Notes: generated from the sequence alone by a model not told the origin. Numbered from the stretch's first letter, positions 7,968-16,258 are shown. The stretch is DNA of 20,000 nucleotides from an uncultured virus (IMG/VR IMGVR_UViG_3300036466_000576) (IMGVR_UViG_3300036466_000576); one strand, 5' to 3'. Numbers and translations: made by a program.

Positions 7968-8652
7968 TTAATCTTCCTCATAAAATTCTTCGCAATATAT
8001 AGCAGTAGTTGGAATTGATTTACCAACTCCACATTTATTAATATAATTGACTCTCTGATACTTTACTCCTCTTCTATCAAATTCTTTTAATATGTCAGAG
8101 ATGGTGGAACTTCTTCAGGAATATATTTAAGCTTTATGCTTGTTTTAAAACTTAAATGTTCTATTGAACCATCTGTATATTGTTCAATTTTGACTTTCTT
8201 TTTAGCCTTTCTAATTTCCTCATAATCTTCATCTTTTGAGATTAAATAATTACAAACCTCGAGAATTTCAAGACTAGCTATATTTTTAGAAAGATGCTTA
8301 AAATCATAAGATTCTTCCCAAACATCTCTCCCCAGGTCGTCAAGATTGGCGTTTTTAGCAATTTTTACATTATCCTTATAATATTCAGTAAAAGAACTAA
8401 TATGTCTATCAAGACTATCTAATACTGTGTATTAATTCTTATTAATAAATTTCCATTCTTTCTAAAGCAGTAATTGCATTTGCGATTTCCTTAAAAACTT
8501 CTTTTTGTTCAGTCAATGACCTGTTAGAAGATGCAAAGTTTAAAACAAGGTTTTTCCCATCAAGATTATACTCATAGCTTATTGTAACAGGATCAGCCTT
8601 GAAACCGTAGTCATTAAGTATTTCTACAGCTCTCTTTTTTTGTTTTATCCAT
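7968..8652 (-). pseudogene. Fragmented hypothetical gene (~225 aa) with 3-4 frame disruptions
   Basis: AAGGAG RBS plus ATG at 8652. Protein-like segments in different frames: KRAVEILNDYGFKADPV...TALE; TVLDSLDRHISSFTEYY...KYIPEE; TISDILKEFDRRGVKY...EEFYEED*. Breaks near 8638, 8430-8460 and 8105. Confidence 0.7.
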
Positions 8653-8678
8653 ATTATTTTCTCCTTAATATTAAAATT

Positions 8679-9038
8679 TTACTTATATCTCATGACAGTC
8701 CTAAAAGAGACCCCAAGTTCTTCAGCTACCTTCTCCCAGGTACCCAACTCCTCGTATAGATTATTTAAAACTTCTTTATTTCTATGTGGAGCCTGTTCTT
8801 CCTTAACTCTTTTCTCAATTATTTTTTTAGTTTTTTTGCCCCCATTTACCGAACGATGATACCAGTTCAATTTATGAACAAGCTTTAAAATATTATATTG
8901 TTCTGGATTAATAACCTCTAACCTTTTCATTTGTCTATAAACAAGTTTTTCTGATATATCAAACCTTTTTGCGACTTCAGAATAGGTTAAATTATCTTTA
9001 ATAATATGCTCTGCTAATATCTCAGAAAAATATCTCAT
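8679..9038 (-). CDS. SpoIIID-like transcriptional regulator fused to a second C-terminal HTH
   Basis: LAEHIIKDNLTYSEVAKRFDISEKLVYRQMKRLEVINPEQY...HRSVNGGKKTK parallels the recalled SpoIIID pattern (I..YIVE...TVR.IAKEFGVSKSTVH..L.ERL..INP.L...RH.RGG.ATK). C-terminal LGTWEKVAEELGVSFRTVMRY is a Fis-like HTH. Confidence 0.75.
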   Translation of the reverse strand: MRYFSEILAEHIIKDNLTYSEVAKRFDISEKLVYRQMKRLEVINPEQYNILKLVHKLNWYHRSVNGGKKTKKIIEKRVKEEQAPHRNKEVLNNLYEELGTWEKVAEELGVSFRTVMRYK

Positions 9039-9056
9039 ATTTAAAACCTCTTTCTT

Positions 9057-9575
9057 TTATACTTTTCCTGCATATTTGGCTTTTTCAAAATTATCTGTAA
9101 CATGATATTTGGTAGTTTTGCTACAGAAAAGTTCATAATTGGAGTAATCAGTCTGCCAGCTTTCTTTTAGTTTTTCTTCTAAACTATATGGCAGGTTAAA
9201 AATTCTTATATTTTCTACGATCATATTTTTTTTGCTATCAACAGCAAAAAGATTTAGGAGTAAACCCTTATCTTGATTAATATATTTTTGCATCCTATTA
9301 TCACTATACTTATCGGGATTAAAGAAAAACTCAAATATCAATGGGGTCCCAACAAATTTCAAATATATAATAATCATATTATTTTCTTCAAGAAGTTTAA
9401 ACTTCATATTGTTGCTTCCGATTATTTCAATTTCTTCTTCTGTTATATTTGGTAGAAATAATGTAAAAACGGGATCTCCATCTTCAGTCATTTCCAGCAA
9501 GCCACCACTTCTATTTTTAAATTTATCAATTTCATTAAAAAGTGTTAATTTTTCTCCAACCTCTATTTTAATCAT
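9057..9575 (-). CDS. Hypothetical protein
   Basis: 172-aa ORF with G-rich RBS in the leftward operon. Confidence 0.8.
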   Translation of the reverse strand: MIKIEVGEKLTLFNEIDKFKNRSGGLLEMTEDGDPVFTLFLPNITEEEIEIIGSNNMKFKLLEENNMIIIYLKFVGTPLIFEFFFNPDKYSDNRMQKYINQDKGLLLNLFAVDSKKNMIVENIRIFNLPYSLEEKLKESWQTDYSNYELFCSKTTKYHVTDNFEKAKYAGKV

Positions 9576-9592
9576 TTATATCCCCCCCATAT

Positions 9593-9823
9593 TTACTGAT
9601 TTTTAATCTTATAAAATCTATCTGCCATAACCGTTAAAAGATCAAATATAACCACATCGATACCAAAAGAAACACCCCATCTTTCTTCAATATCTTTTTT
9701 TATCCCCCTAACAATCCCATTTGATTTCAATGTGCCATTTCTCTTCATTTCTTCAATTTCTTCATAAGCTTTTAACAAATCTTCTTCTTTAATATTCCCA
9801 AGATATTCTTTTAAATCATTCAT
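9593..9823 (-). CDS. Small helical hypothetical protein (paralog of 10225..10458)
   Basis: 76-aa ORF with AGGAGG RBS; colinear similarity to the interrupted gene upstream. Confidence 0.85.
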   Translation of the reverse strand: MNDLKEYLGNIKEEDLLKAYEEIEEMKRNGTLKSNGIVRGIKKDIEERWGVSFGIDVVIFDLLTVMADRFYKIKNQ

Positions 9824-9839
9824 TATTTGCCTCCTAGAT

Positions 9840-10214
9840 TTAATTATTATATTGCTCCATAAATTCTTCTTTTGTTATTTTGAAATCATCATTTAACCAT
9901 TTCAACAAACACACTTCTAAGGTAGCAGATCTTCTTCTATCTTTATTAAAGGCAGCTCTTTTTTTTAGTTCATTATCAAATTTTTCAACTAAATCTCTAA
10001 CCTTATAAAGATTTTTTCTTTCAGTTCTTTCGACATCGTCAAATCGTTTCAGTATTTCTTCTTCAGTTAAAGAAAACTCACCATCAATATATTTCTTTAA
10101 AATTATTTTAACGAGTGAACTTAAACTAACCTTGCCAAACTCACTCAGCATTTTATGCGAAACTTTTACTTCTAATTCTTTATTTAATCTATATTGAATT
10201 GCCAAATTGTTCAC
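9840..10214 (-). CDS. Putative tandem ribbon-helix-helix DNA-binding protein
   Basis: Internal duplication: SLSSLVKIILKKYIDGEFSLTEEEILKRF vs RRSATLEVCLLKWLNDDFKITKEEFMEQY, each preceded by a short beta-like segment. The true start may be the TTG three codons in (GGAGGTG RBS). Confidence 0.6.
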   Translation of the reverse strand: MNNLAIQYRLNKELEVKVSHKMLSEFGKVSLSSLVKIILKKYIDGEFSLTEEEILKRFDDVERTERKNLYKVRDLVEKFDNELKKRAAFNKDRRRSATLEVCLLKWLNDDFKITKEEFMEQYNN

Positions 10215-10224
10215 CTCCTATTTA

Positions 10225-10458
10225 TTATTTTTTAATATTATTTTTGTAAAACCTATAAGACATTTGAGCCAAAACATTATGAATTACAGCATCAACAGTG
10301 AAGAAAGTATCCAATTCATTTTCAATTTGTTCTTTTAAACTATTTATTACTCCATTTCCCTTCAATTCTCCAGACTTTCTCATTTCGACAATATCCTCAT
10401 AAGCATTAGCTAACCTTTTATTTTCTATATCAGTAAAAAATTGTTTTACTTTTTACAT
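10225..10458 (-). pseudogene. Paralog of 9593..9823 with an in-frame TAA at codon 2
   Basis: GGAGG RBS, then ATG TAA AAA GTA...: M*KVKQFFTDIENKRLANAYEDIVEMRKSGELKGNGVINSLKEQIENELDTFFTVDAVIHNVLAQMSYRFYKNNIKK*. Confidence 0.85.
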
Positions 10459-10473
10459 TTGAAACCCCTCCAT

Positions 10474-10623
10474 TTATATTCTTTCTTTTTTGTTATCTTT
10501 TAGTTTTGAGACCTCTTTCTTAAGTTGATTAACTTCTTTCATTAACTCAGTTACAATTTCGGAAAGTTCATCTCTGGTATAAACTTTGTTATAATCAAAA
10601 TAATCCTTACCTTTTTTGAACAT
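10474..10623 (-). CDS. Small coiled-coil hypothetical protein (49 aa)
   Basis: Read by hand: MFKKGKDYFDYNKVYTRDELSEIVTELMKEVNQLKKEVSKLKDNKKERI*; fills the operon gap. Confidence 0.75.
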   Translation of the reverse strand: MFKKGKDYFDYNKVYTRDELSEIVTELMKEVNQLKKEVSKLKDNKKERI

Positions 10624-10643
10624 TATACCAACCCCTGATTTGA

Positions 10644-10853
10644 TTATTTTTCTAACTCTACATAATGATAGGTTTTCCCTTCTAAAACACTATTTTTTGC
10701 AACGCCCTGCCATGTTCCTTTCTTATTATTATGCTCAAAGTCAGGATTATCAGGGTTAAAAATTTTAATTTTTTCTCCAATATGATACTGTTGCTGTCCT
10801 TTGTAATCTAGATCTATACTTTTAATGTATTCAGCTCTTATTTTAGTTTTCAT
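10644..10853 (-). CDS. Small hypothetical protein, possible SH3/KOW-like fold
   Basis: AGGAGG RBS; YHIGEKIKI...NNKKGT...YHYVEL pattern. Confidence 0.75.
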   Translation of the reverse strand: MKTKIRAEYIKSIDLDYKGQQQYHIGEKIKIFNPDNPDFEHNNKKGTWQGVAKNSVLEGKTYHYVELEK

Positions 10854-10887
10854 TCAGTCAACCTCCTAAACTAATTAATGTTTTTTT

Positions 10888-11277
10888 CTATAATTTCTCT
10901 AATAACTCTCCCATCCCTGACCCCTCTATATTTCTTTCAAAAGGAGAATGAGAAAACCTCCAAGTATTATTTGTCAAATTAATATAAAATAAGTTGTTTT
11001 CATTTACATATTCTTTTTTCTTACCAACAAAATTGCCCCAATCATCATACACATCAACCAATAGTGTTCCTTTATCTTTAATTAAAATTTGATACTCATT
11101 TGATAAAAACCTTTTTTTAATTGAGTTTTTGTCATAATAGATGTCCATATTAGAAGAATCAGAAGAACTGTATTTAATCCAATTTCTATCTGGATTTAAA
11201 ACATTAAAGTAGAAATAGCTTCCCAGAATAACCACGATTAAAAGAACAATTAAGTTGTATTTATTTTTTACATTCAT
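10888..11277 (-). CDS. Membrane-anchored protein with a possible adhesin-E-like extracytoplasmic domain
   Basis: Transmembrane segment LIVLLIVVILGSYFYF, then NWIKY...IYYDKNSIK; start moved to the ATG at 11277 (AGGGAG RBS). Confidence 0.7.
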   Translation of the reverse strand: MNVKNKYNLIVLLIVVILGSYFYFNVLNPDRNWIKYSSSDSSNMDIYYDKNSIKKRFLSNEYQILIKDKGTLLVDVYDDWGNFVGKKKEYVNENNLFYINLTNNTWRFSHSPFERNIEGSGMGELLEKL

Positions 11278-11376
11278 GTAATTTCTCCCTGTTTTCAAAC
11301 TGTTTTTCTAAATATTCCTTAATTAGCAGAATACTGTTTAAGATAGTCGGTTTTTTTTAATTTCAAACCACCCCTA

Positions 11377-11616
11377 TTATAAAAGTTCTTTTAAATCTAA
11401 CCCATCCTCTAACCCTTTCTTGTATGCTAAATCTTGCAATTTAATCAATAAAGCAGATACATCATTTTCAAAAACCCAATCTAAATCCAAATCAGACAAA
11501 ATATTTTTTAAATCTTTTTCAAGTTGTTTGTATTGTTCATCACTTTCTATCGCTTTATCCACCTTTTCCTGCTGACTTTCAGCGATGAAGTTAATTAACT
11601 CTTTTTTGTTTATCAT
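11377..11616 (-). CDS. Helical hypothetical protein
   Basis: 79-aa ORF with RBS; AYKKGLEDG C-terminal motif. Confidence 0.8.
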   Translation of the reverse strand: MINKKELINFIAESQQEKVDKAIESDEQYKQLEKDLKNILSDLDLDWVFENDVSALLIKLQDLAYKKGLEDGLDLKELL

Positions 11617-11628
11617 TATTTTTCTCTC

Positions 11629-12003
11629 CTATTCCTGAACTATTTCGTATTCAGCACCTTCTATTAGTCCATCAATATCCTTAACTTCTCCTTTTTTATC
11701 AAGTACAACTCTTGGAGGTATTTTTTCTAACTGCAATTTTTCAAAAAGGTCGTATCGTACATATTCTGATAACATATCTTCAAACCTTTCTCTTGTCTCT
11801 TTATCGTACATATCAATATTTTGTTCAAGGTTTTCCCTAAAAAGCTTTTTCATTTGCTTAACATTAGCTCCAGTTTGTATTATTATTTTACCATCTTCTC
11901 TTTTCGCCTCTGGTAATTTAGCATCAATTTCCCCTAAGTCAAAGTCAACGGTAAAGGTAGCTTGATATTCGCCATTATCTTTCTTCTTTAGTTTTATTTT
12001 CAT
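11629..12003 (-). CDS. Hypothetical protein
   Basis: 124-aa ORF, AGGAGG RBS, abuts the upstream gene. Confidence 0.8.
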   Translation of the reverse strand: MKIKLKKKDNGEYQATFTVDFDLGEIDAKLPEAKREDGKIIIQTGANVKQMKKLFRENLEQNIDMYDKETRERFEDMLSEYVRYDLFEKLQLEKIPPRVVLDKKGEVKDIDGLIEGAEYEIVQE

Positions 12004-12276
12004 TTAATTTTCCTCCTTATATTTATCTCTCATTTTATTAATGTAAAGATTAAATTCGTATGTTGGACTTACTTCAACTTTTTCTTCTTTAAATTCTTTT
12101 TGGACTGTAACTAATTTTTTCTCGTCTTCTTTAATCCAGCCTTTAATATTTTCATCTTCAAGATATTTTTGAACAGCTTCTTCATTGTCGGCTTCAATTA
12201 ATAAAAATCTATCTAAAGCATAACCTGCCATATATGGTTTAATTTTTTCTAAATCTATTCCTACTGCATATTTCAT
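12004..12276 (-). CDS. Hypothetical protein
   Basis: 90-aa ORF, AAGGAG RBS. Confidence 0.8.
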   Translation of the reverse strand: MKYAVGIDLEKIKPYMAGYALDRFLLIEADNEEAVQKYLEDENIKGWIKEDEKKLVTVQKEFKEEKVEVSPTYEFNLYINKMRDKYKEEN

Positions 12277-12296
12277 TTTAACACTCCTTTTTCATT

Positions 12297-12560
12297 CTAG
12301 TCTAAAATTTGGAAAACCTGATAAACATCATCCCCTTGATGAATTGAAAAACTTCCAATGTGTTTAGATTTGTTTGGAATTTCATCATTCTCACCTAAAG
12401 ATATAAGCGTAACATTTATTTCAGGCTTTTCTGTATTAACTTTAACCCACAATTGAGGATTTCCATATTGAACACGAATTTCTAATATTTCATATCCTTC
12501 ATTAATAGTTAATGTTTTAGCACCCCTTGTCTCTAATGTATATTTTTCTAGCTTTTTCAT
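12297..12560 (-). CDS. Conserved phage-type hypothetical protein (DUF7352-like)
   Basis: KY.L...EILEIRVQYGNPQLWVKVN...HIGSF...VYQVF matches a recalled widespread small phage family. Confidence 0.65.
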   Translation of the reverse strand: MKKLEKYTLETRGAKTLTINEGYEILEIRVQYGNPQLWVKVNTEKPEINVTLISLGENDEIPNKSKHIGSFSIHQGDDVYQVFQILD

Positions 12561-12582
12561 AAAACCACTCCTTATATTTAGT

Positions 12583-12774
12583 TTATTTTATTATTTCAAC
12601 AAGTTCTAAATCCCATTCTGAAGGGTTTTCCAATTCTTCTGAATAAATAGCATATCCCCAACCATTAACCCCCTGATATACTTTTTTATTGTCAAAACTT
12701 ACTGTTTTAATTAAATTTCTTTTCGGTTGACATCCTGGAGCTGGAGGTCTTAGCCTATATACATATTTAAACAT
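12583..12774 (-). CDS. Stand-alone DarA C-terminal-like (defence-against-restriction / polyvalent-protein) domain
   Basis: Y.YRLRPPAPGCQPK...WGYAIYSEEL...WDLELV fits the recalled DarA_C pattern (RP..PG..P...WG...Y..PL...YEL). Confidence 0.6.
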   Translation of the reverse strand: MFKYVYRLRPPAPGCQPKRNLIKTVSFDNKKVYQGVNGWGYAIYSEELENPSEWDLELVEIIK

Positions 12775-12785
12775 TTATTAACCCC

Positions 12786-13268
12786 CTATTTAACTAATTT
12801 AGGATCTATTTTTTTGATTTTATCAATAGCATGAATAACATTGTCAAAATTCAAATAAAATTTATACTGCTCTTCAAAATTCTGATTGGAAGAACTGATA
12901 TTCAAATGAAACTTTTGATCTTTTAAAAAATACAAATCAATTTTACTATCTGGATTATTCCAGATTACAATATTATCTTTTTCCTTATCGTATTCACACT
13001 CAATGTCGTGTTGTTTTAATATTTCAACTGCTTTTTCTTTATTATTTTTTTCTTTTTTGTTTTCCACATTAATAGTAAAGTATGATAGAAAATCTAATTC
13101 ATTTTCGTCAAAAATATCTAAATTATTTTCTATTTCCTCTTTGTGTTCTAATAATCTACCGAGGATTTGGCTTTCTCCAGCCCCCTTACTTGCTGACCAT
13201 ATTTTATCTAAAGAACTGTATAATTGCATCGATGTAACGACTAACTCTTTAATATTTTCTTTTTTCAT
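12786..13268 (-). CDS. Hypothetical protein
   Basis: 160-aa ORF, AGGAGG RBS. Confidence 0.8.
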   Translation of the reverse strand: MKKENIKELVVTSMQLYSSLDKIWSASKGAGESQILGRLLEHKEEIENNLDIFDENELDFLSYFTINVENKKEKNNKEKAVEILKQHDIECEYDKEKDNIVIWNNPDSKIDLYFLKDQKFHLNISSSNQNFEEQYKFYLNFDNVIHAIDKIKKIDPKLVK

Positions 13269-13289
13269 TTCTATTTCCTCCTTATATTT

Positions 13290-13724
13290 TTATAATGACC
13301 CTTCTATAATTTCTTTTCTTATAATCATTAATAGTTTACCTAATATATTTTCTCCTTTACCTTTGCATCTTCCCCAATAGAAATCATTCCAGTTATTCCC
13401 CTCAACCAAAATAGCATCTTTAGTTTCTACAAGTTTCTTCTTAATTTCTGGATTTTGTTTAAATTTTGCTTTCAACCCTGCATACATTATCGGAACTCTT
13501 AAATCATTCCAATTATTTCTAAGAGTTACTCTTCTACCGATTTTTTTAGCTTTACTGGGGGTTTCTGCTTTTCTTACTTTTTCTCTTTCGTTTTCATTTA
13601 AAGTTTTCATTGTTTGAAAAAAATGTTCATTGGTTTTGTAGAAATGACCATCAATTTTAAATCCGTCATCTGAAAAATTCGATAGGAAATAATATTTTCC
13701 TCTAAATTCATCTATTTTTTTCAT
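13290..13724 (-). CDS. NADAR (YbiA-like) family protein
   Basis: FRGKYYFLSNF, T.EHFFQ..K, P..AKKIGR, W...RV.IM..GL.AKF.QN, LVEGNNWNDFYWG, GENILGKLLM.IR. Confidence 0.95.
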   Translation of the reverse strand: MKKIDEFRGKYYFLSNFSDDGFKIDGHFYKTNEHFFQTMKTLNENEREKVRKAETPSKAKKIGRRVTLRNNWNDLRVPIMYAGLKAKFKQNPEIKKKLVETKDAILVEGNNWNDFYWGRCKGKGENILGKLLMIIRKEIIEGSL

Positions 13725-13748
13725 TTTATTAATTCTCCTTTGCTATTT

Positions 13749-14276
13749 CTATGTCCACATATGAGGAAGTAGTGCAAATACAAATTGCATAAATACATCA
13801 TCATATTTTATCTTCAGCATTGCAGCCCATACTTCATTATAAGAACCACTTGTATTTAACTCTTCTCCCAACATAGCTCGAAGATGGTCTTTTAAAATGT
13901 TAATTACTTCTTCATTTTGGGAGTTGGCTTTAAGGTAGTTTTGAACGGCTTTATAATATAGAAAATCATTTTCTTCAATACTAAAAGCATAACTTTCTAC
14001 TTCTGGTTCTTCTATTTCAATATTTAACTTATCAGCAAGTTCAGCCCAATCCCAGCCTTTTAATTTATAGTTTTTATTTATTTCAATTTTACTATCGACC
14101 AATTTATCATAAGTTTCCATTTGATTTTTAATATTGTGTAAAACTTGAAGTTTATCATGATATTCTCTTGGATCATAAAAATTATTCATTTTATCTTCAA
14201 AATCATTAATTAACTCTTCGATATCACTTTGAATGTATTTATATGCTTGTTCATAATTCATTATTTTTTTAGTCAT
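13749..14276 (-). CDS. Hypothetical protein, first gene of the long leftward block
   Basis: 175-aa ORF, AAGGAGG RBS, downstream of a near-consensus promoter. Confidence 0.8.
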   Translation of the reverse strand: MTKKIMNYEQAYKYIQSDIEELINDFEDKMNNFYDPREYHDKLQVLHNIKNQMETYDKLVDSKIEINKNYKLKGWDWAELADKLNIEIEEPEVESYAFSIEENDFLYYKAVQNYLKANSQNEEVINILKDHLRAMLGEELNTSGSYNEVWAAMLKIKYDDVFMQFVFALLPHMWT

Positions 14277-14309
14277 TTATTAACCTCCTTAATTATTGAT
14301 TACAATATT

Positions 14310-14338
14310 ATTATAACATTAATAATGTTATAAGTCAA
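14310..14338 (-). promoter_or_regulatory. Near-consensus sigmaA promoter with an overlapping perfect palindromic operator
   Basis: TTGACT-17 nt-TATAAT with TG extension; TTATAACATT-aat-AATGTTATAA inverted repeat at 14311-14333. Confidence 0.8.
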
Positions 14339-14431
14339 ATATTTCAAAACATTTATATTTTTATATTATTATATTTTTGTTTTGTTAAAAGATATAAATA
14401 TATGTAAAATATTTAATTAAATTACAATTTA

Positions 14432-14509
14432 TGATATAATTGCATTATCAAATATAAACATGACATATTTAAAAGACATTTTAAATTTAAAAAAAGACAA
14501 TTTAAGGAG
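14432..14509 (+). promoter_or_regulatory. Rightward promoter/leader with repeated GACA boxes
   Basis: TGATATAAT at 14432-14440; TGACATATTT (14461), AAAGACATTT (14472), AAAGACAATT (14493); AAGGAG RBS at 14504. Confidence 0.6.
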
Positions 14510-14516
14510 AGATATT

Positions 14517-15014
14517 GTGATTACAAAAGAAAATATAAAAAACTATGTTAAAGATGATTTAAACAACTTATCTGAAAAATTTCCAAATAAAGCTATTTTG
14601 TCTTCAGAAGAAGCTGCAGAAAAAGTTTTTAATTATCTAAAACCAAGATATAAACTTGATAGAATGGATAGTTTAAATTTCCTTAAATCTAGTGCTTTAG
14701 CTAAATTTGCCTATCAAAAAGATCCTGGTTATACAATAGAAACAGGAGATAGATTAGAATTTCAAAGTGCTTTCTATAAACCAGTTGGATTATGGGAGGT
14801 TTTAAATGTTTGGGAGTTAGATGAAAAAGTGGTTGCAACTTTAGGTAAAGTGGGTAAAAGAGGAAAAGTCTTAGCTGAAAGAACTGGAACCCGATACAGA
14901 TATCCAGCGGGTAATATTCAAACAGAAGTTCAAAACTACAACACTTTATTTCCAAATAACCAATATGTAAAATTAGTTAAAAAAAACAACAAGAGTGATA
15001 ATAATGAGCAGTAA
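14517..15014 (+). CDS. Hypothetical protein
   Basis: ORF track starts at 14460, but the AAGGAG RBS supports the in-frame GTG at 14517. Confidence 0.75.
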   Translation: MITKENIKNYVKDDLNNLSEKFPNKAILSSEEAAEKVFNYLKPRYKLDRMDSLNFLKSSALAKFAYQKDPGYTIETGDRLEFQSAFYKPVGLWEVLNVWELDEKVVATLGKVGKRGKVLAERTGTRYRYPAGNIQTEVQNYNTLFPNNQYVKLVKKNNKSDNNEQ

Positions 15015-15399
15015 ATTAAAAGAATTAAGCAAAAATATGGAAATAGTAAATCAAGAATATGTTAAAATCCAAAAAACATTGAAAGATTATCTTCAAAAAC
15101 ACAAAGAAGATATTGTTTCTATTTTTGGTAAAACTGATTTTAAGGTGAGCCTGTATGAATTAAACCCTTATTCAAAATCAACGGTTGTTATGCAAGTTAA
15201 TAATGGAGGAACCCATGAATTAGTTGTTTACCTTAACAAATCTGAAAGTCTTAAGGATTGCAGTATGACCTTTAAATTTATTGGATCAAGAAGAACAAAA
15301 ACCACTAATCTCGAAACCATTGATAATATTACAAACAAAAATGAAGTTAAAGAAAAAATTGAAGAAGCTGTTTATAAATTTATTAAAGAAATTATATAA
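15004..15399 (+). CDS. Hypothetical protein
   Basis: Overlaps the end of the upstream gene; ATG at 15004 is the likelier start. Confidence 0.75.
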   Translation: MSSKLKELSKNMEIVNQEYVKIQKTLKDYLQKHKEDIVSIFGKTDFKVSLYELNPYSKSTVVMQVNNGGTHELVVYLNKSESLKDCSMTFKFIGSRRTKTTNLETIDNITNKNEVKEKIEEAVYKFIKEII

Positions 15400-15415
15400 T
15401 TAAGGAGAGATAATT

Positions 15416-16234
15416 ATGTTGAAATTAATTGATGCTAATGCTGTAACAGAAACTAATTTAGTAAATCCTCTACTTCATAAAAGTGGAGAATTAAATCCGA
15501 GTATGTTTAGCGTAAACTCTGGAATCAAATATGAATTATATACCACATGGTCTGATGAGCAAAGATATAGTCCTCAAATTGAAGATAATTTAGGAGATTA
15601 TGAACATTATCTTAAACAACAGGATTATGAAACCCTTAAAAAAAGTAGAGATGAACTTAAAGAAGAATATAAAGCAAAACTTTTTGAAATTGAAGCTAAA
15701 TTTCAAGAGTTAAATGAAGACCTAGAAGAGCTTTTTGTTCTCAAAGGATCTTTAATTTCTCAAGATAATGTAACTAAAGTTAAAGAAAAAGAAAAAAGAA
15801 ATGAAAAACTAATACAGGAATATAGAAATAAAAGAATTATGAATACTATTCAAAGAGAGGAAGAAAGTAGTTTTCCAGAAGAGCTTGAAGGAAAAAAGAT
15901 AAGAGTTGTTATTAAAAATGCAACTTATCAATTAATTTTAGTTCTTAGTGAAAATAGAAACACTTTTAATTATGATGTCTCTTATGTATTTAGGGGTAAT
16001 CCCGATTTTTTATGTGAAGCAAGAATTATTAGAAAAATTGAAAAACCATTTGATGATTATGAAAAAGCTTTAGAATACTTTAATGGTCGTATTGATTACT
16101 ATAAGAAAAAATATTTTAGTGAAGAAAAACCAAAACTTGACCTTAACCTTTTCGATCATGGTTGGGAATACAATGGTGCTGTAATGCCAGATAACACTAG
16201 AGTTGCACTAGAAGGATATTTAAAAGAACTTTAG
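15416..16234 (+). CDS. Hypothetical protein with a central coiled coil
   Basis: 272-aa ORF, AAGGAG RBS, heptad-like K/E/L-rich middle region. Confidence 0.8.
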   Translation: MLKLIDANAVTETNLVNPLLHKSGELNPSMFSVNSGIKYELYTTWSDEQRYSPQIEDNLGDYEHYLKQQDYETLKKSRDELKEEYKAKLFEIEAKFQELNEDLEELFVLKGSLISQDNVTKVKEKEKRNEKLIQEYRNKRIMNTIQREEESSFPEELEGKKIRVVIKNATYQLILVLSENRNTFNYDVSYVFRGNPDFLCEARIIRKIEKPFDDYEKALEYFNGRIDYYKKKYFSEEKPKLDLNLFDHGWEYNGAVMPDNTRVALEGYLKEL

Positions 16235-16258
16235 AATTAAAATAATAATTTTTAAACC

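Noticed and set aside
6587..10458. Alternative genetic code (stop-codon reassignment) explaining in-frame TAG/TGA/TAA
   Set aside because: All three stop types are involved, TAG ends normal genes (e.g. 6355, and 16234 before a terminator), and most genes are intact under code 11.
8600..13050. KRAVEILNDYG (fragmented gene) vs EKAVEILKQHD (12786..13268) as paralogy
   Set aside because: The match is too short and does not extend convincingly.
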